Below are positions 62,506 through 64,000 of a stretch of DNA of 64,000 bases, piece after piece. The number at the start of each line of letters is the position of its first letter. Position 1 is the stretch's first letter. Below the pieces are notes generated by a model. That model was given only the letters and a program-made list of their open reading frames with translations. It was not told where the DNA came from and did no database searches. The translations under genes and the position numbers were made by a program. The DNA lies in contig QPMI01000428.1 of assembly GCA_004431415.1 (NCBI GenBank), positions 62,001-126,000 of the forward strand. Reading direction: 5' to 3'. The stretch is from Cyanophora paradoxa CCMP329. Lineage: Eukaryota > Plantae > Glaucophyta.

Positions 62506-63183
62506 TTGCCTAGAAAAGTTCTCGAAGCCGTCGGGGAAGCAAAAACGGATCCCGGTGGCGCTGCAGAGGAGTATCGACCTCGTGCGTCGGGGCTCGGGCG
62601 GCGCGGCGCGGCCGGAGCCTCACGGGCGCTCCGCAGGCGCTGGAGCGGTCGAAGGCGAGCGGGGGCGCGCAGCCGAAGCCGAGCGCGAGGAGAGGGGCCG
62701 ATAAGAAAGAGGCGCGACCGGCGCCGGAGCCGGCCGAGTCGAAGTCAAGGAGGCCGCCCGCGCGGCCGGAGGCGGCCGCGCACCCGTCGCCCCCGCCGCT
62801 GCTCCTGCAGATCGCCGGTGCGCCCCGCCGCCCGCCAGCCTTCCGCTCGCAGCGCCCTGACGGCCGCCGCAGCGCAAGCAAAGGACCGGCCGCCGCGGTC
62901 GAAGGCGCCCCCGCGGCTGCGGCCCGAGCGCAGCGTGCGAGCGGAGCCGGCGGCGCCTCCGCCCCCGACGCCGCCGCCACCGCCGGCGCCGGCGCCCTCA
63001 CCGCCACCGCGCTCGCCTCTGGACGCGTTCGACAGCCTGCTGCCGGCGGCGGCGCGGCGGCCGGAGTCGATCAGCGCCGCCGCGCTGGTCCGCATGGCAG
63101 CCTCGGGCGCCAAGCGCAGTGGCCTGGACGCCGACGACGGGCCCCCTAGGCGCAGGACCCGCCACGCCCCGCAGCCCGACTAG
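62506..63183 (+). CDS. Hypothetical low-complexity protein
   Basis: ORF with coding-like codon usage ending in TAG, convergent with fibrillin. No family recognised. Confidence 0.25.
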   Translation: MPRKVLEAVGEAKTDPGGAAEEYRPRASGLGRRGAAGASRALRRRWSGRRRAGARSRSRARGEGPIRKRRDRRRSRPSRSQGGRPRGRRRPRTRRPRRCSCRSPVRPAARQPSARSALTAAAAQAKDRPPRSKAPPRLRPERSVRAEPAAPPPPTPPPPPAPAPSPPPRSPLDAFDSLLPAAARRPESISAAALVRMAASGAKRSGLDADDGPPRRRTRHAPQPD

Positions 63184-63536
63184 CCGCCCCGGGCCCCCGG
63201 GCCGCGCCCTCTACAGCCGCATTTCTGCGAGACGCATAAGTTAATTTCCCGTATACGTAGGCCTGTATATACGAGGTGCCACCGAGCTTTCAAATGAAAT
63301 CCAATGTCACTGAGGTGCAAGGCACTGCCAGCTGCGACGGCTGCGAACGATATGCTCCCCTGAGTGCCCTCCGCTGCATCTGCAGCTGGCCGTGGCAAGT
63401 TCCATTTTGCGAGCTCGAGGTCCGACTTCAGAGTTGAACCGATCGCTCGAATGCTTAAAGACATATGCATGTACAAGCTCCGTTGTAACGACTAGTACTG
63501 TAGACATACGGATGCGAGCCGCCGGAGCCTCCGAAC

Positions 63537-64000
63537 TCACTTGGTGAGCACGAAGAGATTGTTGCGGTTGCCCCGAGAGACGCGCATCGACTGAGGGCGC
63601 GGGTCGTCGATCAGAGGGGGCACACACAGACACGAAAAGAAAGCGCGGTACGTACCCCGTCGAGGAAAGTCGTCTGCGCGAGCGGAGCGGGTCGAATGAG
63701 GGGTAAAGGGGGGTACACAGGGTAGGAGTTTCAGCGGGGAGGTGGGGGCGGGGGTATGGGGCGAACCTCGAGGAAGCCGCGCGCGTTCTCGCCGGCCTTG
63801 AACCTGATCGCGCCGCCGATCTCGAACTCGTTGAACTTCACCTGTACCCCCCCGAGCCGCTCGGGGGCGGCGGGGCGGGGAGGAGAAGGGCGGAGGGCGC
63901 GCGGGGGCAGGAGGGGAAGGGGGGTACGACGCACCTGGACGCGGACCGGCCCGTCGACGGTGAACGTGGCCCGGACCTGCGGGGCGCGGGGGCGTGAGGG
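63537..64000 (-). CDS. PAP/fibrillin plastid lipid-associated protein, 3' part
   Basis: Spliced exons VKFNEFEIGG...ARGFLE|TTFLD|SMRVSRGNRNNLFVLTK* match the fibrillin C-terminal signature. Confidence 0.85.
   Translation of the reverse strand, partial: LTPPRPAGPGHVHRRRAGPRPGASYPPSPPAPARPPPFSSPPRRPRAARGGTGEVQRVRDRRRDQVQGRRERARLPRGSPHTPAPTSPLKLLPCVPPFTPHSTRSARADDFPRRGTYRAFFSCLCVPPLIDDPRPQSMRVSRGNRNNLFVLTK

Overview
Eukaryotic nuclear DNA from a GC-rich, intron-dense organism (mostly 55-100 nt introns) that probably has a plastid, since it carries a PAP/fibrillin gene. A glaucophyte- or haptophyte-like alga is my inference; the species cannot be established from the sequence. There are four blocks. 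(1) 1-6050: the end of an intronless, lower-GC Polinton/Maverick-like element with a frameshifted protein-primed PolB and an RVE integrase. It appears to have inserted into the first CUB exon of a host gene. (2) 6051-19665: a giant multi-exon surface receptor gene (CUB, lectin-like, IPT/TIG, beta-helix GGA repeats, Cys-rich, multi-TM). (3) ~19.7-34.1 kb: a repeat-rich accessory block. It holds two TSD-flanked non-LTR retroposon copies, MITE-like elements, a histone H3 variant apparently fused to two C2H2-type zinc fingers, and a degenerate secreted protein with an unfamiliar CCC-containing Cys repeat. (4) 34.1-64 kb: housekeeping genes in strictly alternating orientation with many GC-AG introns (CCDC87-like, START-like, NEK kinase, endonuclease IV, 4xCX9C, RNASEK, NDUFAF1, IQCE-like, RBMX2, ferlin, fibrillin). 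The best candidate for novelty is the zinc-finger-histone H3 fusion. All family assignments come from motif recognition by eye; no searches were run.
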